Shown: one piece after another, positions 1-11,820 of the stretch
Layout: each line of letters begins with the position of its first letter
Position numbering within the stretch: position 1 is the stretch's first letter
Origin: Mobula hypostoma
Lineage: Eukaryota
Assembly (NCBI RefSeq): GCF_963921235.1
Contig: NC_086108.1
Location: forward strand, 96,226,001-96,290,000
Reading direction: 5' to 3'
DNA: 64,000 bases
The notes under the pieces: model-generated
Databases searched by the model: none
What the model was told of the DNA's origin: nothing
Seen by the model: the letters and a program-made list of their open reading frames with translations, nothing else
Program-made: the position numbers and the translations under genes

Positions 1-719
1 GAATACAAGGTCAGGAAATTGCTCCCAGAACGATGATTCTCTCACTTACTACCACAGTGTCAATCCATCAGCTATGTTGTGTGGGGCACTACTAGCTCAA
101 CAAATGGAAGGGAGTGTCATGTTGGTGGATATGAAAGACCCTCGCCTAGTGTGAACTTGGCACTCAGAGCAGAAGGGTACAGATTTAAACCCTGAGCAGG
201 AGCGCTAGGTGGTAAATAGTTTTCCTTACCAATATCTGCTCTGATGTCTTGAGATTTCATGGGATTCTGAATCAGTATTGAGGATTCTCATCTGCTTGGT
301 CACATCTAATGGTTCTGTCCAACTGGTGGGACAGGGGAAACCCAGAACTTATGTTTATTAGCTGTAAGCTCAGATTCTGTGAGTATGATTGTAAGACTGG
401 TCTATAAATAACTCTCATAATGTTTTCAGCTATTGATTTTAAAAATTGACTGGTTTTATTAAATTTAGTTTGCCTTTGACTAACGTCTTTCAAGACATAA
501 AGTGTATAGAATGCCATTAGAAAAGTGGCTGTTTTATCATACTTCAGAAGTGTTTTGAAACTTGTATCCATGAGTCATTCTTCATACCATAAAGCTAAAT
601 ATTTTAAAGTTTTAACTTATTCATAGGAATATGAGAATTTTATTTTGGTATAAAGGTGAACCCTCCAGCCACAAAAGCATCAATAGCTTGACTGGGTCTC
701 CTTTGCATTACCAATGGAA

Positions 720-985
720 CTTTTAGAGTTATGCAGTATGGAAGCAAACCCTTTAGCATTTATTTACACTAATCCTACACTAACCCCATTTTATTCTTCC
801 TATATTACCATTAACTCCCCCCAGATTCTACACCTTAATGTTAGGGGCATTTACAGTGACCAGTTTACCTACCACACACATGTCCTTGGGATGTGGGAGG
901 AGACCCATGTGTTCACGAGGAGAATGTACATATTTCACCAGCTTCAGATTAAACCAAGATCAGTAGAGCTGTGCACCACTGTGCC
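720..985 (-). mobile_element. Degenerate V-SINE-like element
   Basis: ggggcatttacagtgaccagtttacctacc...gggatgtgggaggagaccc core on the minus strand. Confidence 0.5.
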
Positions 986-1759
986 TTTTTGGAGGTGTGT
1001 CTATTCTATATGGAGGTAAAAAATTGCATGATATCCAGGCCAATATTTAGCCCTGCATCAAATATATTTTTTAAAAAATTATCTGACCATAATTATGAGC
1101 TTGGTGTGCACAGATTGGCTGCCAACATTACAAAAGTGACAGCATTTCTGAAGTAGATCACTAGCAAGAAAGCACAAGGGTCAGGATGTGATCTATATTA
1201 ATGCCATATTTTTGCCTAAAGCTAAAATTACATTTTTTTAAAGTAGAACTTAAGTTATTTTGTAAAACCGAAGGTGATGTTGTCTACATCTTGTCAAAAT
1301 GAATGTACTGAACTTTGTTTAGCTGTAAAATAAATAGGATGAGCGTGTGTTAAGATAGTGCATTTATGCACTGGCAGTGCATATAAATTTGGTGTAAACA
1401 TTGGCATAAACAAATAAAATACTCTGTGGCGAGCCATCAGATGTAATTAATTTCAATTGGAGATTTAATGTTTGAAGGTGCACTCATTCAACATTTCTAT
1501 AATCCATAGTAGCATCTTTCTGTGAGCTATCACTTTTCGATTCATTATTGTAGTCAGGGGAAGATAACAATTTGTTATATTTTTTATTGTTACCTACAAC
1601 ATTTGTTTGAAGTGACTCAGACTACTCTATGATGCAGGAAATGTCTGTTATATTTAAACAAAAAGCCTTTCCAATAATCAGAGAGACAGCTGCATCATGA
1701 GGCTCAAATGACTTGAGTTACAACTGTCCAACTTCCATTAAGAGGGCAAAGTGATTTAT

Positions 1760-2215
1760 ATTTTTGCTGATGACTTTCCAATATTCAGTTCCATTTACAA
1801 ACCCTCAGCAAATGAAGCAGGCCATTCCTACATGCAGAAAAGCCTATACTGTACACACTAGGACTGGCTGCTGCGAAGGGATCAGGGATCAGGATCCAGA
1901 CCACAGCATTCGCTCCGGGCTCAGATTTCACCATCCAACCTGAAGCCACTGTCAAGCTCTTCAAAGCAAGGCTTCAGGCACATAGAAACACCTTGACCTC
2001 CAGATTCTCCTCCAAGTCACACAACACATTGATACCATTTCTTTATTACAGAGACTTACTACTTAACAGTGTTATGGGAGCACTTCTGTCTAAAGGACTG
2101 CAGCTGTTCAAGGGGACACTCACCACCACCATCTCAAGCATAAATTCAGGTTGAGCAATAATTTCTGAATATTGTTAGTGATGACCACATCCTGAAAAAA
2201 ATGAATAAATTAAAA
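1760..2215 (+). mobile_element. Old degenerate LINE fragments (RT FADD region and 3' end)
   Basis: tttgctgatga...aatgaagcag and ctcaccaccaccatctcaag...aatgaataaa resemble a chondrichthyan LINE 3' part; recognised by memory only. Confidence 0.45.
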
Positions 2216-3169
2216 ATCTAATTTCCAACATCCTGATGCTGGTGATTTCCAGATTATGACTATACCTCTCCAACAACATATTGTCTGACACATCCCTCTT
2301 GTGATGGCTCTTGCCTTGAAGTTAAAACTTTACTCCTTTCTGCTTGAATTATCCACTAACAGGAATAGCTTCCCTCTACTTCACCTAAATCAGTCATAAC
2401 CTCATGCACCTGTCATGTATCTCCTGGCCTTCTTTGTTCTAAGATGAATACACCCATCTTCTCCATTTTAACCTTAACAAGTCTTTCATTCCTTGGAATC
2501 TTTGAAGGCACCCATTTTGTATAGTTTTGTGATTATTCATGCTGGTTTCTTTATTTCATTTGCTGTTATAAATTATTTGCCAAATAGAGATTATCCCTGT
2601 TCAGGAACAGTCAGAAAATAATTTTTGTTTTTGAAAGGTTTTACTAATGAAAATCTTAAGAGCTGAATATGAGTCTTTAGATGGTGTATGAGGAATGTAG
2701 TGTGGCAATATTATAAGCAATTTGTCTTCGTAAATTTCAATAGGGAATGTGTTAGTCATGACAATGCAGTTCTGGGTTAAGTATTTGTTCAGCTTTTAGC
2801 GCAACGCATGAAATCTGTAAGATGACAGAGAAGAGGAAGTCAGGCAAACTTGATTCTGAATCACAATTATTTTCTTGACAGCACGTAATTGTAATAAGTG
2901 GATTTGAAAAATAAACCTATGTAGAGCAAAAACAACTTGGGTAGTGTGTTGACTGAAGCATTAAAGCAAGGACGTAGCATTGTTCTCAGAACATCCAAAT
3001 ACACCTAATGAAATCTGTAATTACCATCTAAATAAATGTGAGACCTAAACAACAGGAGAGATTTTTTTTTTGGAGTTTTTCTCCTATCAAAATAGCTGTG
3101 AGTGCAACAGATTTATTCAAGGTAGATGTTAAGATCACCGGTAGAACAATCTCAAAAGAGGGGGCAATG

Positions 3170-3320
3170 TTCTTCCTCCCCTCCCTCCACCTTCTAAGTC
3201 AGTCTCACTTTCCCCTTCCTTTCCCATCATGATAAAGGGTCTCAGCCCAAAATGTTGACTGTTTATTCATTTCCATAGATACTGTCTGACCTGCTGAGAT
3301 CATCCATCATTTTGTGTGTG
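3170..3320 (+). mobile_element. Degenerate Penelope pLTR-derived short element
   Basis: Decayed hammerhead-like motif tgataaagggtctcagcccaaaatgttgact, followed by the family tail (gacctgctgag...ttttgtgtg). Confidence 0.65.
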
Positions 3321-4239
3321 GGGCAATGTTTAAATGGAGGTGCATAGGGTTGTAGAGGCTAGATCATTGTGGGTATCTGACCAATTGAAGATGTGTGACG
3401 GCTGGTGAGTGGGTACCTATTTGGTGAAATATGAGTAAATGGTAATTTATTGGCTTCTGGGAAGAAATGCACAATCCATTGAATAATTATGTGTGGCCTT
3501 TTTTCCCTTAAGGATGGCGAAGTATAACAAAAAAATAAATGTTCCTAAAAGCAATGTAACTGTAGTGGACCTTGGTCGAGCATTGGTGAATTCGTGGGAA
3601 TTTTCAGTGGGAAAGGATTAAAATTTGGTCACAATAAGGGCAAGTAGAATGAGGAACAAATGAGGAATTTAGCAAAGATACACTGCATTATGCCTGTAAA
3701 GTGATCAGACATTTCAATGGAAAACATCATTTAGACCATGAAATTAATTTAATGTGTGTATTCCGGCCTCATAATGGATTGTCTGCTGAAAGGCCTAAGA
3801 GGATTTGCTAGATGTTCCTTTTGGACAAGTTTATTTTACTAAATGCTATCAACAGGTGATAGTTTCAGAATGTAGTTAGCTTAACTTGAACTCCTTGTCT
3901 TCAAACAGAGGATGATACACAAATCATTTACATTGCAAACTGGATTTAAAATTTTAACCTTACTGCATTTCCACCCTGCTCACATTCGGTGAGTGTGGCT
4001 TTCCTTGTAACTCAAGTTAACTTTTAAGGCCAGTTGTAAATTTTTTTTAAGACATGGCAATATGAATTACTTTTGCTGTTGATTTGAGAAATGTGAAATC
4101 TTTAATCATGAGAGCTTTCCCAATTTTTAGAAGATCTGCATTCAGGTAATAACAGATAAAGCTGGATGCGAGTCTGTAATGCTAACAATAGATAGAACAC
4201 GGAAAGTTAAGTAAAAGCTTGTTTCATATTCTACTTTGC

Positions 4240-4710
4240 CAGGATCGGAGAATTTTTAGATGTGAGTAAAGGTTAGTCAGGTTGTGTGTGTTTTCTTTAG
4301 CACAGAAGAGGTTGAGCAAGGATTTAATTGAGATGCATTGTACTGAAACGCCCAGAAATATCTTACATAAGATAGAGGCAGTAAAGTTGTTTCCAGTTGT
4401 AGGTGAGACTAGAATTAGGGGACATAGCCTCAAGATTTGGGGGATTAAATTTAGGATGGAGATGAGAAAGAACTGTTTTTCCCAGAAAGTGGTGAACCTG
4501 TGGAATTCTGTGCCCAATGAAGCAGTGGAGACGACCTCAGTAGATGTATTTAAGACAAGGTTGGATAGATTTTTGCATAGTAGGAGAATATGAGGGTTAT
4601 GGGGGAAAAGGCAGGTGGGTGGAGAAAAGTCCATGGTCAGATCAGCCATGATCTTATCAAATGGTGGAGCAAGATGTCCTACCACTGCTCTAATTTCTTA
4701 TGTTCTTATG
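4240..4710 (+). mobile_element. CR1 LINE 3' fragment
   Basis: RGHSLKI...RKNCFSQKVVNLWNS ORF2 C-terminus and ttctatgttcttatg tail. Confidence 0.85.
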
Positions 4711-5012
4711 AGAGAATGGAAAGGAAGGAACCTATTTTCCTTGGCAAAAGAGAAAACTAAATGAGTAGATTGAAGGTAATTGTTGAAAAGGTTAGATATG
4801 AATGGATTGCTTTTTCACCAAGAGGGAGTCAGGAACTTAGTCTGAGTGCATGGTTTTAAGAACAACCATAAGAACAGAAGAAAGTAGGATCAAGTGTAGG
4901 CCATTTAGCATCTCGAACATACATAGAAACATAGAAAATAGGTGCAGGAGTAGGCCATTCGGCCCTTCGAGCCTGCACCGCCATTTATTATGATCATGGC
5001 TGAGCATCCAAC

Positions 5013-8000
5013 TCAGAACCCCGCCCCAGCCTTCCCTCCATACCCCCTGACCCCTGAAGCCACAAGGGCCATATCTAACTCCCTCTTAAACATAGCCAAT
5101 GAACTGGCCTCAACAGTCTGCTGTGGCAGAGAATTCCACAGATTCACCACTCTCTGTGTGAAGAAGTTTTTCCTAATCTCGGTCCTAAAAGGCTTCCCCT
5201 CTATCCTCAAACTGTGACCCCTCGTTCTGGACTTCCCCAACATCGGGAACAATCTTCCTGCATCTAGCCTGTCCAATCCCTTTAGGATCTTATACGGTTC
5301 AATCAGATCCCCCCTCAATCTTCTAAATTCCAACGAGTACAAGCCCAGTTCATCCAGTCTTTTTTCATATGAAAGTCCTGCCATCCCAGGAATCAATCTG
5401 GTGAACCTTCTTTGTACTCCCTCTATGGCACAGATGTCTTTCCTCAGATTAGGGGACCAAAACTGCACACAATACTCCAGGTGTGGTCTCACCAAGGCCT
5501 TGTACAAGTGCAGTAGTACCTCCCTGCTCCTGTACTCGAATCCTCTCGCTATAAATGCCAGCATACCATTCGCCTTTTTCACCGCCTGCTGTACCTGCAT
5601 GCCCACTTTCAATGACTGGTGTATAATGACACCCAGGTCTTGTTGCACCTCCCCTTTTCCTAATCGGCCACCATTCAGATAATAATCTGTTTTCCTATTT
5701 TTGCCACCAAAGTGGATAACTTCACATTTATCCACATTAAATTGCATCTGCCATGAGTTTGCCCACTCACCCAACCTATCCAAGTCACCCTGCATCCTCT
5801 TAGCATCCTCCTCACTGCTAACACTGCCACCCAGCTTCGTGTCATCTGCAAACTTGGAGATGCTGCATTTAATTCCCTCATCCAAGTCATTAATATATAT
5901 TGTAAACAACTGGGGTCCCAGCACTGAGCCTTGCGGTACCCCACTAGTCACCACCTGCCATTCTGAAAAGGTCCCGTTTATTCCCACTCTTTGCTTCCTG
6001 TCTGCTAACCAATTCTCCACCCACACCAATACCTTACCCCCAATACCGTGTGCTTTAAGTTTGCACACTAATCTCCTGTGTGGGACCTTGTCAAAAGCCT
6101 TTTGAAAATCCAAATATACCACATCCACTGGTTCTCCCCTATCCACTCTACTAGTTACATCCTCAAAAAATTCTATGAGATTCGTCAGACATGATTTTCC
6201 TTTCACAAATCCATGCTGACTTTGTCCGATCATTTCACCGCTTTCCAAATGTGCTGTTATCACATCTTTGATAACTGACTCCAGCAGTTTCCCCACCACC
6301 AACGTTAGGCTAACCGGTCTATAATTCCCCGGTTTCTCTCTCCCTCCTTTTTTAAAAAGTGGGGTTACATTAGCCACCCTCCAATCCTCAGGAACTAGTC
6401 CAGAATCTAACGAGTTTTGAAAAATTATCACTAATGCATCCACTATTTCTTGGGCTACTTCCTTAAGCACTCTAGGATGCAGACCATCTGGCCCTGGGGA
6501 TTTATCTGCCTTCAATCCCTTCAATTTACCTAACACCACTTCCCTACTAACATGTATTTCACTCAGTTCCTCCATCTCACTGGACCCTCTGTCCCTTACT
6601 ATTTCTGGAAGATTATTTATGTCCTCCTTAGTGAAGACAGAACCAAAGTAATTATTCAATTGGTCTGCCATGTCCTTGCTCCCCATAATCAATTCACCTG
6701 TTTCTGTCTGCAGGGGACCTACATTTGTCTTTACCAGTCTTTTCCTTTTTACATATCTATAAAAGCTTTTGCAGTCCGTTTTTATGTTCCCCGCCAGTTT
6801 TCTCTCATAATCTTTTTTCCCCTTCCTAATTAAGCCCTTTGTCCTCCTCTGCTGAACTCTGAATTTCTCCCAGTCCTCAGGTGAGCCACTTTCTCTGGCT
6901 AATTTGTATGCTACTTCTTTGGAATTGATACTATCCCTAATTTCTCTTGTCAGCCACGGGTGCACTACCTTCCTTGATTTATTCTTTTGCCAAACTGGGA
7001 TGAACAATTGTTGTAGTTCATCCATGCAACCTTTAAATGCTTGCCATTGCATATCCACCGTCAATCCTTTAAGTGTCATTTGCCAGTCTATCTTAGCTAA
7101 TTCACGTCTCATACCTTCAAAGTTACCCCTCTTTAAGTTCAGAACCTTTGTTTCTGAATTAACTATGTCACTCTCCATATTAATGAAGAATTCCACCATA
7201 TTATGGTCACTCTTACCCAAGGGGCCTCTCACAACAAGATCGCTAATTAACCCTTCCTCATTGCTCAAAACCCAGTCCAGAATAGCCTGCTCTCTAGTTG
7301 GTTCCTCGACATGTTGGTTCAAAAAACCATCCCGCATACATTCCAAGAAATCCTCTTCCTCAGCACCTTTACCAATTTGGTTCACCCAGTCTACATGTAG
7401 ATTGAAGTCACCCGTTATAACTGCTGTTCCTTTATTGCACACATTTCTAATTTCCTGTTTAATACCATCTCCGACCTCACTACTACTGTTAGGTGACCTG
7501 TACACAACTCCCACCAGCGTCTTCTGCCCCTTAGTGTTACGCAGCTCTACCCATATCGATTCCACATCTTCCCGGCTTATGTCCTTCCTTTCTATTGCGT
7601 TAATCTCTTCTTTAACCAGCAACGCCACCCCACCTCCCCTTCCTTCATGTCTATCCCTCCTGAATATTGAATATCCCTGAACGTTGAGCTCCCATCCCTG
7701 GTCACCCTGGAGCCATGTCTCTGTGATCCCAACTATATCATAATCATTAATAACAATCTGCACTTTCAATTCATCCACCTTATTACGAATGCTCCTTGCA
7801 TTGACACATAAAGCCTTCAGGTGCTCTTTTACAACTCTCTTAGCCCTTGTACAATTATGTTGAAAAGTGGCCCTTCTTAATGCTTGCCCTGGATTTGTCG
7901 GCCTGCCACTTTTACTTTTCTCCTTTGTACTTTTTGCTTCTACGCTCACTTTACACCCCTCTGTCTCTCTGCACTGGTTCCCATCCCTCTGTTGTGAACT

Positions 8001-8045
8001 AACCTCCTCACGCCTAGCCTCTTTAATTTGATTCCCACCCCCCAA
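5013..8045 (-). CDS. CR1 ORF2: APE endonuclease plus reverse transcriptase, uninterrupted
   Basis: 1010 codons; VNARS, GITETW, GDFN and SDH (APE); [24 protein letters not shown] and FADD (RT). The track start is TTG, not ATG. Confidence 0.93.
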   Translation of the reverse strand: MGGGNQIKEARREEVSSQQRDGNQCRETEGCKVSVEAKSTKEKSKSGRPTNPGQALRRATFQHNCTRAKRVVKEHLKALCVNARSIRNKVDELKVQIVINDYDIVGITETWLQGDQGWELNVQGYSIFRRDRHEGRGGGVALLVKEEINAIERKDISREDVESIWVELRNTKGQKTLVGVVYRSPNSSSEVGDGIKQEIRNVCNKGTAVITGDFNLHVDWVNQIGKGAEEEDFLECMRDGFLNQHVEEPTREQAILDWVLSNEEGLISDLVVRGPLGKSDHNMVEFFINMESDIVNSETKVLNLKRGNFEGMRRELAKIDWQMTLKGLTVDMQWQAFKGCMDELQQLFIPVWQKNKSRKVVHPWLTREIRDSINSKEVAYKLARESGSPEDWEKFRVQQRRTKGLIRKGKKDYERKLAGNIKTDCKSFYRYVKRKRLVKTNVGPLQTETGELIMGSKDMADQLNNYFGSVFTKEDINNLPEIVRDRGSSEMEELSEIHVSREVVLGKLKGLKADKSPGPDGLHPRVLKEVAQEIVDALVIIFQNSLDSGLVPEDWRVANVTPLFKKGGREKPGNYRPVSLTLVVGKLLESVIKDVITAHLESGEMIGQSQHGFVKGKSCLTNLIEFFEDVTSRVDRGEPVDVVYLDFQKAFDKVPHRRLVCKLKAHGIGGKVLVWVENWLADRKQRVGINGTFSEWQVVTSGVPQGSVLGPQLFTIYINDLDEGIKCSISKFADDTKLGGSVSSEEDAKRMQGDLDRLGEWANSWQMQFNVDKCEVIHFGGKNRKTDYYLNGGRLGKGEVQQDLGVIIHQSLKVGMQVQQAVKKANGMLAFIARGFEYRSREVLLHLYKALVRPHLEYCVQFWSPNLRKDICAIEGVQRRFTRLIPGMAGLSYEKRLDELGLYSLEFRRLRGDLIEPYKILKGLDRLDAGRLFPMLGKSRTRGHSLRIEGKPFRTEIRKNFFTQRVVNLWNSLPQQTVEASSLAMFKRELDMALVASGVRGYGGKAGAGF

Positions 8046-8050
8046 CCATT

Positions 8051-8587
8051 CTAGTTTAAAGTCACCTCAGTAGCCCCCGCTAATCTCCCTGCCAGGATAT
8101 TGGTCCCCCTAGGATTCAAGTGTAACCGGTCCTTTTTGTACAGGTCACGCCTGCGCCAAAAGAGGTCCCAATGATCCAAAAACTTGAATCCCTGCCCCCT
8201 GCTCCAATCCCTCAGCCACGCATTTATCCTCCACCTCATCGCATTCCTACTCTCACTGTTGCGTGGCACAGGCAGTAATCCCGAGTTTACTACCTTTGCG
8301 GTCCTTTTTCTCAACTCCCTTCCTAGCTCCCTATATTCTCCTTACAGGACCTCATCCCTTTTCCTACCTATGTCATTGGTACCTATATGTACCACGACCT
8401 CTGGCTCCTCACCCTCCCACTTCAGGATATCTTGGACATGATCAGAAATATCCCGGACCCTGGCACCAGGGAGGCAAACTACCATCCGGGTCTCTGGACT
8501 GCGTCTACAGAATCGCCTATCTGACCCCCTTACTATCGAGTCCCCTATCACAACTGCCCTCCTCTTCCTTGCCCTACCCTTCTGAGC
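8051..8587 (-). pseudogene. CR1 ORF1 C-terminal SGNH esterase domain with one in-frame stop
   Basis: IGDSIVR...LPGA...HIGTNDI...DRLHLN. Track ORFs 8342-8551 and 8051-8314 are in the same frame, split by a single TAA at 8342-8344. Confidence 0.88.
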
Positions 8588-8761
8588 TATTCAGGATGAT
8601 TCTGGCTGATCTGCACTCTCATTTCCTCTACTGTGCCATTTCCCTGATCTTTCAAAAATTTACCTTCTTCTCTAAACAGTCATAATGATCTAGCCTCCAC
8701 AACCCTCTGAGGTAGGGAATTCTAGAGGTACACTACTACTCTCAGTGAGACGAAGATCTAT

Positions 8762-9733
8762 GCAACACACACAAAATGCTAGAGGATGTTTCGGGCCGAA
8801 ACCCTTCGGTAGGGCTGGAGAAAAAAATGCTGAGGAGTAGTTTTAAAAGGGGGCGGGGGGGGGAGGGCAAAGAGAAACACAAGCTGATGGTAAAACCTGG
8901 AGGGGGAAGGAATGAAGTAAAGAGCTGGGAAGTTGATTGGTGAAAGAGACAGAGGGCCATGATAGAAAGAAAAGGGGGAGAGCACCAGAGGGAGGTGATG
9001 GGTTGGCAAGGAGATAAGATGAGAGAGGGAAAAGGGGATGGGAAATGGTGAAGTGGGGGGCATTACTGGAAGTTTGAGAAATCGATGTTCATGCCATCAG
9101 GTTGGAGGCTACCCAAATGGAATATAAGGTGTTGTTCCTGCAACCTGAGTGTGGCCTCATCACAACAGTAGAGGAGGCTATGGATGGATATATTGGAATT
9201 GGAATGGGAATGGGAACTGGAATTAAAATGGGTGGCCACTGGGAGATCCCACTTTTTCTGGCGGATGGAGCGTAGGTGCTTGGCTAAGCGGTCTCCCAAT
9301 CTACATCGGGCTCACCAATATATAGGAGGCCACACCGGGAGCACCGCACACAGCAGATGACCCCAACAGACTCACAGGTGAAGTGTCACCTCACCTGGAA
9401 GGACTGTTTAGGGCCCTGAATGGTAGTGAAGGAGCAGGTGTAGGGGCAGGGGTAGCACTTGTCCCACTTGCAAGGATGGGTGCCAGGAAGGAGAACAATG
9501 GGGAGCGACAAATGGACAAGGGAGTCGCATAGGGAGTGGTCCCTGCAGAAAGTTTGGGGGGGGGGCGGGGGGGAGAGGGAAAGATGTGCTTGGTGATGGG
9601 ATCCCATTGGAGGTGGCGTAAGTTTCAGAGAATTATGTGTTGGACGTGGAGGTGGTAGGTGAGGACAAGAGGAACCCTATCCCTGGTGAGGTGGTGGGAA
9701 GATGAGGTAAGAGCAGACGTATGTGAAATGGAA
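8762..9733 (-). mobile_element. Penelope-like element 3' part (decayed GIY-YIG plus pLTR) with 10 bp TSD
   Basis: GDRLAKHLRSIRQK...VATHFNS...QPDGMNIDFSNF; TSD GAAGATCTAT at 8752-8761 and 9734-9743. Confidence 0.88.
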
Positions 9734-10153
9734 GAAGATCTATACACCTCAGTTTCTCATGATGGGTCCTGTTTGTGTGACATTGCACCCTCTTTTGAGA
9801 TCCTTCTACTGGTGGAAATATCTTGACATCTATCCTGAATAAATCTGCTGCACACACAGATGTTTTCATACATGAGAAGCCCCAAATACAATCAAAATAT
9901 TTTTGAATGTGCACTTGAGGTACCATGGCTTTGGACCCATAACTGGGCTTGCACTCCACTGTTATAATCTTTGATTTTATTTAATGTTTATGATATCCTC
10001 TATCTTAAGAGCCATTTGGTCTCTTTTGATTGCTGAGAGATGGAGCACCTTCAGTCATTGGGAGATATCGTTCCAACTCCTGGTCTTGAAGTATCATTTG
10101 ATTGTTCCCTTATGATCTTACTTTATCAGCCCTAAGATGGGACAGGTTTAGAG

Positions 10154-10234
10154 CGGGGATTCCTAACCTGGGGCCCCCGGACTCCTTGCTTATTGGTGTA
10201 GGTCCATGGCATAAAAAAGGGTAGGGAACCCCTG
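10154..10234. mobile_element. hAT-type MITE
   Basis: Imperfect TIRs cggggattcctaacc / gggtagggaacccctg; 8 bp TSD gtttagag / gttaagag. Confidence 0.6.
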
Positions 10235-11303
10235 GTTAAGAGGGATGTAGGCAAATGGGACTAGATTAGATGGATATCTTGGTCAGCATGGGTGAGTTGG
10301 GCTGAAGGGCTTGTTTTGTGCTGCAATTTGATATGACTTTATAACTGTGCACTCTGAATTTTAATTAAATTTTACTATAAATAGCACAGATGCTCAGCAT
10401 CATTTTCAAGAAGAGAACCAAAGAGATTTCCAGTATAGGGAAAAGTAGAACAGTGTAAAATTAGATGCACAGTAAGATATTAATAGAATGAGGGTAAATT
10501 TCTTGAATTTCTTAAAACCGTTTTCAACGACTTCCAATTACCAGAAATGACAATCACTCTGTCCTTCTGTGTTATAAATTGTCTCTGTGCCCCTGTTCCT
10601 ATTCTCTCATGTCACACACTGTGCCCCAGCCATGAGGTTTAAGGCTCAGTGTCTTTCCCCTTTCCTATCCAAAGTTCCTGTGCAGCTTCGGTTTCAGTTC
10701 TGTTTGAATTTTGGTTGTGTTTGTTTGATTACGAAATGTGTTTCAATACCGTTTCAAATCTGTTAGCAGCTAGTAGAATAATTTCTAACAATTCTTATAA
10801 GTTGCCTTGATCTCTATTCTTTTATGAAAACATAAAATCTCCCCTCTAGCTGTTAAATCGTGTTACTAACTTTCACCACTGAATTATGCAGCATGTGATT
10901 TGCCAAGAGGTAAATCCATGACCCCCAAGAAACTTACTCTTTTTGCAAAAACCAATGGCATTATAAGTATCAGAGCAGTGGTCTTTCATTCACAATCTCC
11001 TGCACTTCAGAATGGAGCTAGTTAAGGAATTCATTTGGGTAACAGGGAGATGGCATGGTCAGAGGAGCAAATCGCTAAGAGAAACTAAGCAACCTAGCTC
11101 GAAGAAGATGGTCAATTTGAGCTCAGAGCCAGTGGTCTGGTTGGGCGCTGGGCCCCTATTAAGTACACATTACATTTAGAAATTATTGTGAATATGTAAT
11201 TTGAATTGCATGGATTTCTAGAGTTAATTGGGATTTTAAAAAAAGAATGAATGAAGTAATTCATTTGAATATTGTTGTTAACATCTATTTCTACCTCATC
11301 AAG

Positions 11304-11499
11304 ATTTCTGACAGGGACGGTCTCAAATTTAGCCGAGAGACAGAAGCAGCCATGATAGTGGTGAAGAAAACATCATCTAATCTGACATCTGCCAGGATCG
11401 ACCTTATGCAATGGGTTCGAGAACGTGGTCACAGCATAATCACTTCTTATACAAAGGCCTCCGTTGCTAATCAAATACGTTTAAGGCTTCAAGAAACTG
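11304..11499 (+). CDS. TGFBR3: TGF-beta receptor type 3 (betaglycan), first coding exon in window (end of orphan/endoglin-like domain)
   Basis: aag|ATT...ACT G|gtaagt; 196 nt; ISDRDGLKFSRETEAAMIVVKK...WVRERGHSIITSYTKASVANQIRLRLQET resembles human ...WALDNGYSPITSYTMAPVANRFHLRLEN. Acceptor chosen for phase 0; an alternative AG ends at 11314. Confidence 0.88.
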
Positions 11500-11616
11500 G
11501 TAAGTGTTAAAGAATAGGTGTACTTTAGCAAAAGTTAAAGCTCAATTGTAATCTGAACATCTCAAATTCCACCAGCAATGAATATTCATTATATGCAAAC
11601 AATGTATCAAATTGTC

Positions 11617-11820
11617 AGCCGGTGGTGTAGTGGCGTCCACACTGGTCTGCGAGGTGAGTGGTCCCAGGTTTGAATCCGGCCAGCTCCTTGCATGCTTTCA
11701 ATCATTGCTGGGTTGAGAGTCGAGCTAGCAACTCTGCCTCGTAAAAAAAGAGACAAAAATGCTGAAGAAATGGCAGGGTTGCCGCCTGATTCACCACCAG
11801 GCGCGGACAGGAACAACGGT
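11617..11820 (+). mobile_element. tRNA-derived SINE
   Basis: Pol III A box TGGTGTAGTGG (11623) and B box GGTTTGAATCC (11667); no complete cloverleaf. Confidence 0.65.

Larger units (their letters stand above)
4921..8587 (-). mobile_element. Young 5'-truncated CR1-clade LINE (HER1-like)
   Basis: Partial ORF1, intact ORF2, 3' stem-loop GGCC-GAAT-GGCC (4953-4964) and TTTCTATG-repeat tail at 4921-4937; inserted into an older CR1 3' end. Confidence 0.95.

Noticed and set aside
5401..7680. Plus-strand ORFs of 93-258 aa
   Set aside because: Antisense shadows of the CR1 ORF2 with no independent motifs.
1..11303. Upstream TGFBR3 coding exon (expected ...LILILKC..SVNWVIK...)
   Set aside because: No matching translation found by eye; it probably lies before the window.
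11617..11690. Possible tRNA gene
   Set aside because: A and B boxes are present but there is no full cloverleaf or poly-T terminator; it continues into a SINE body.
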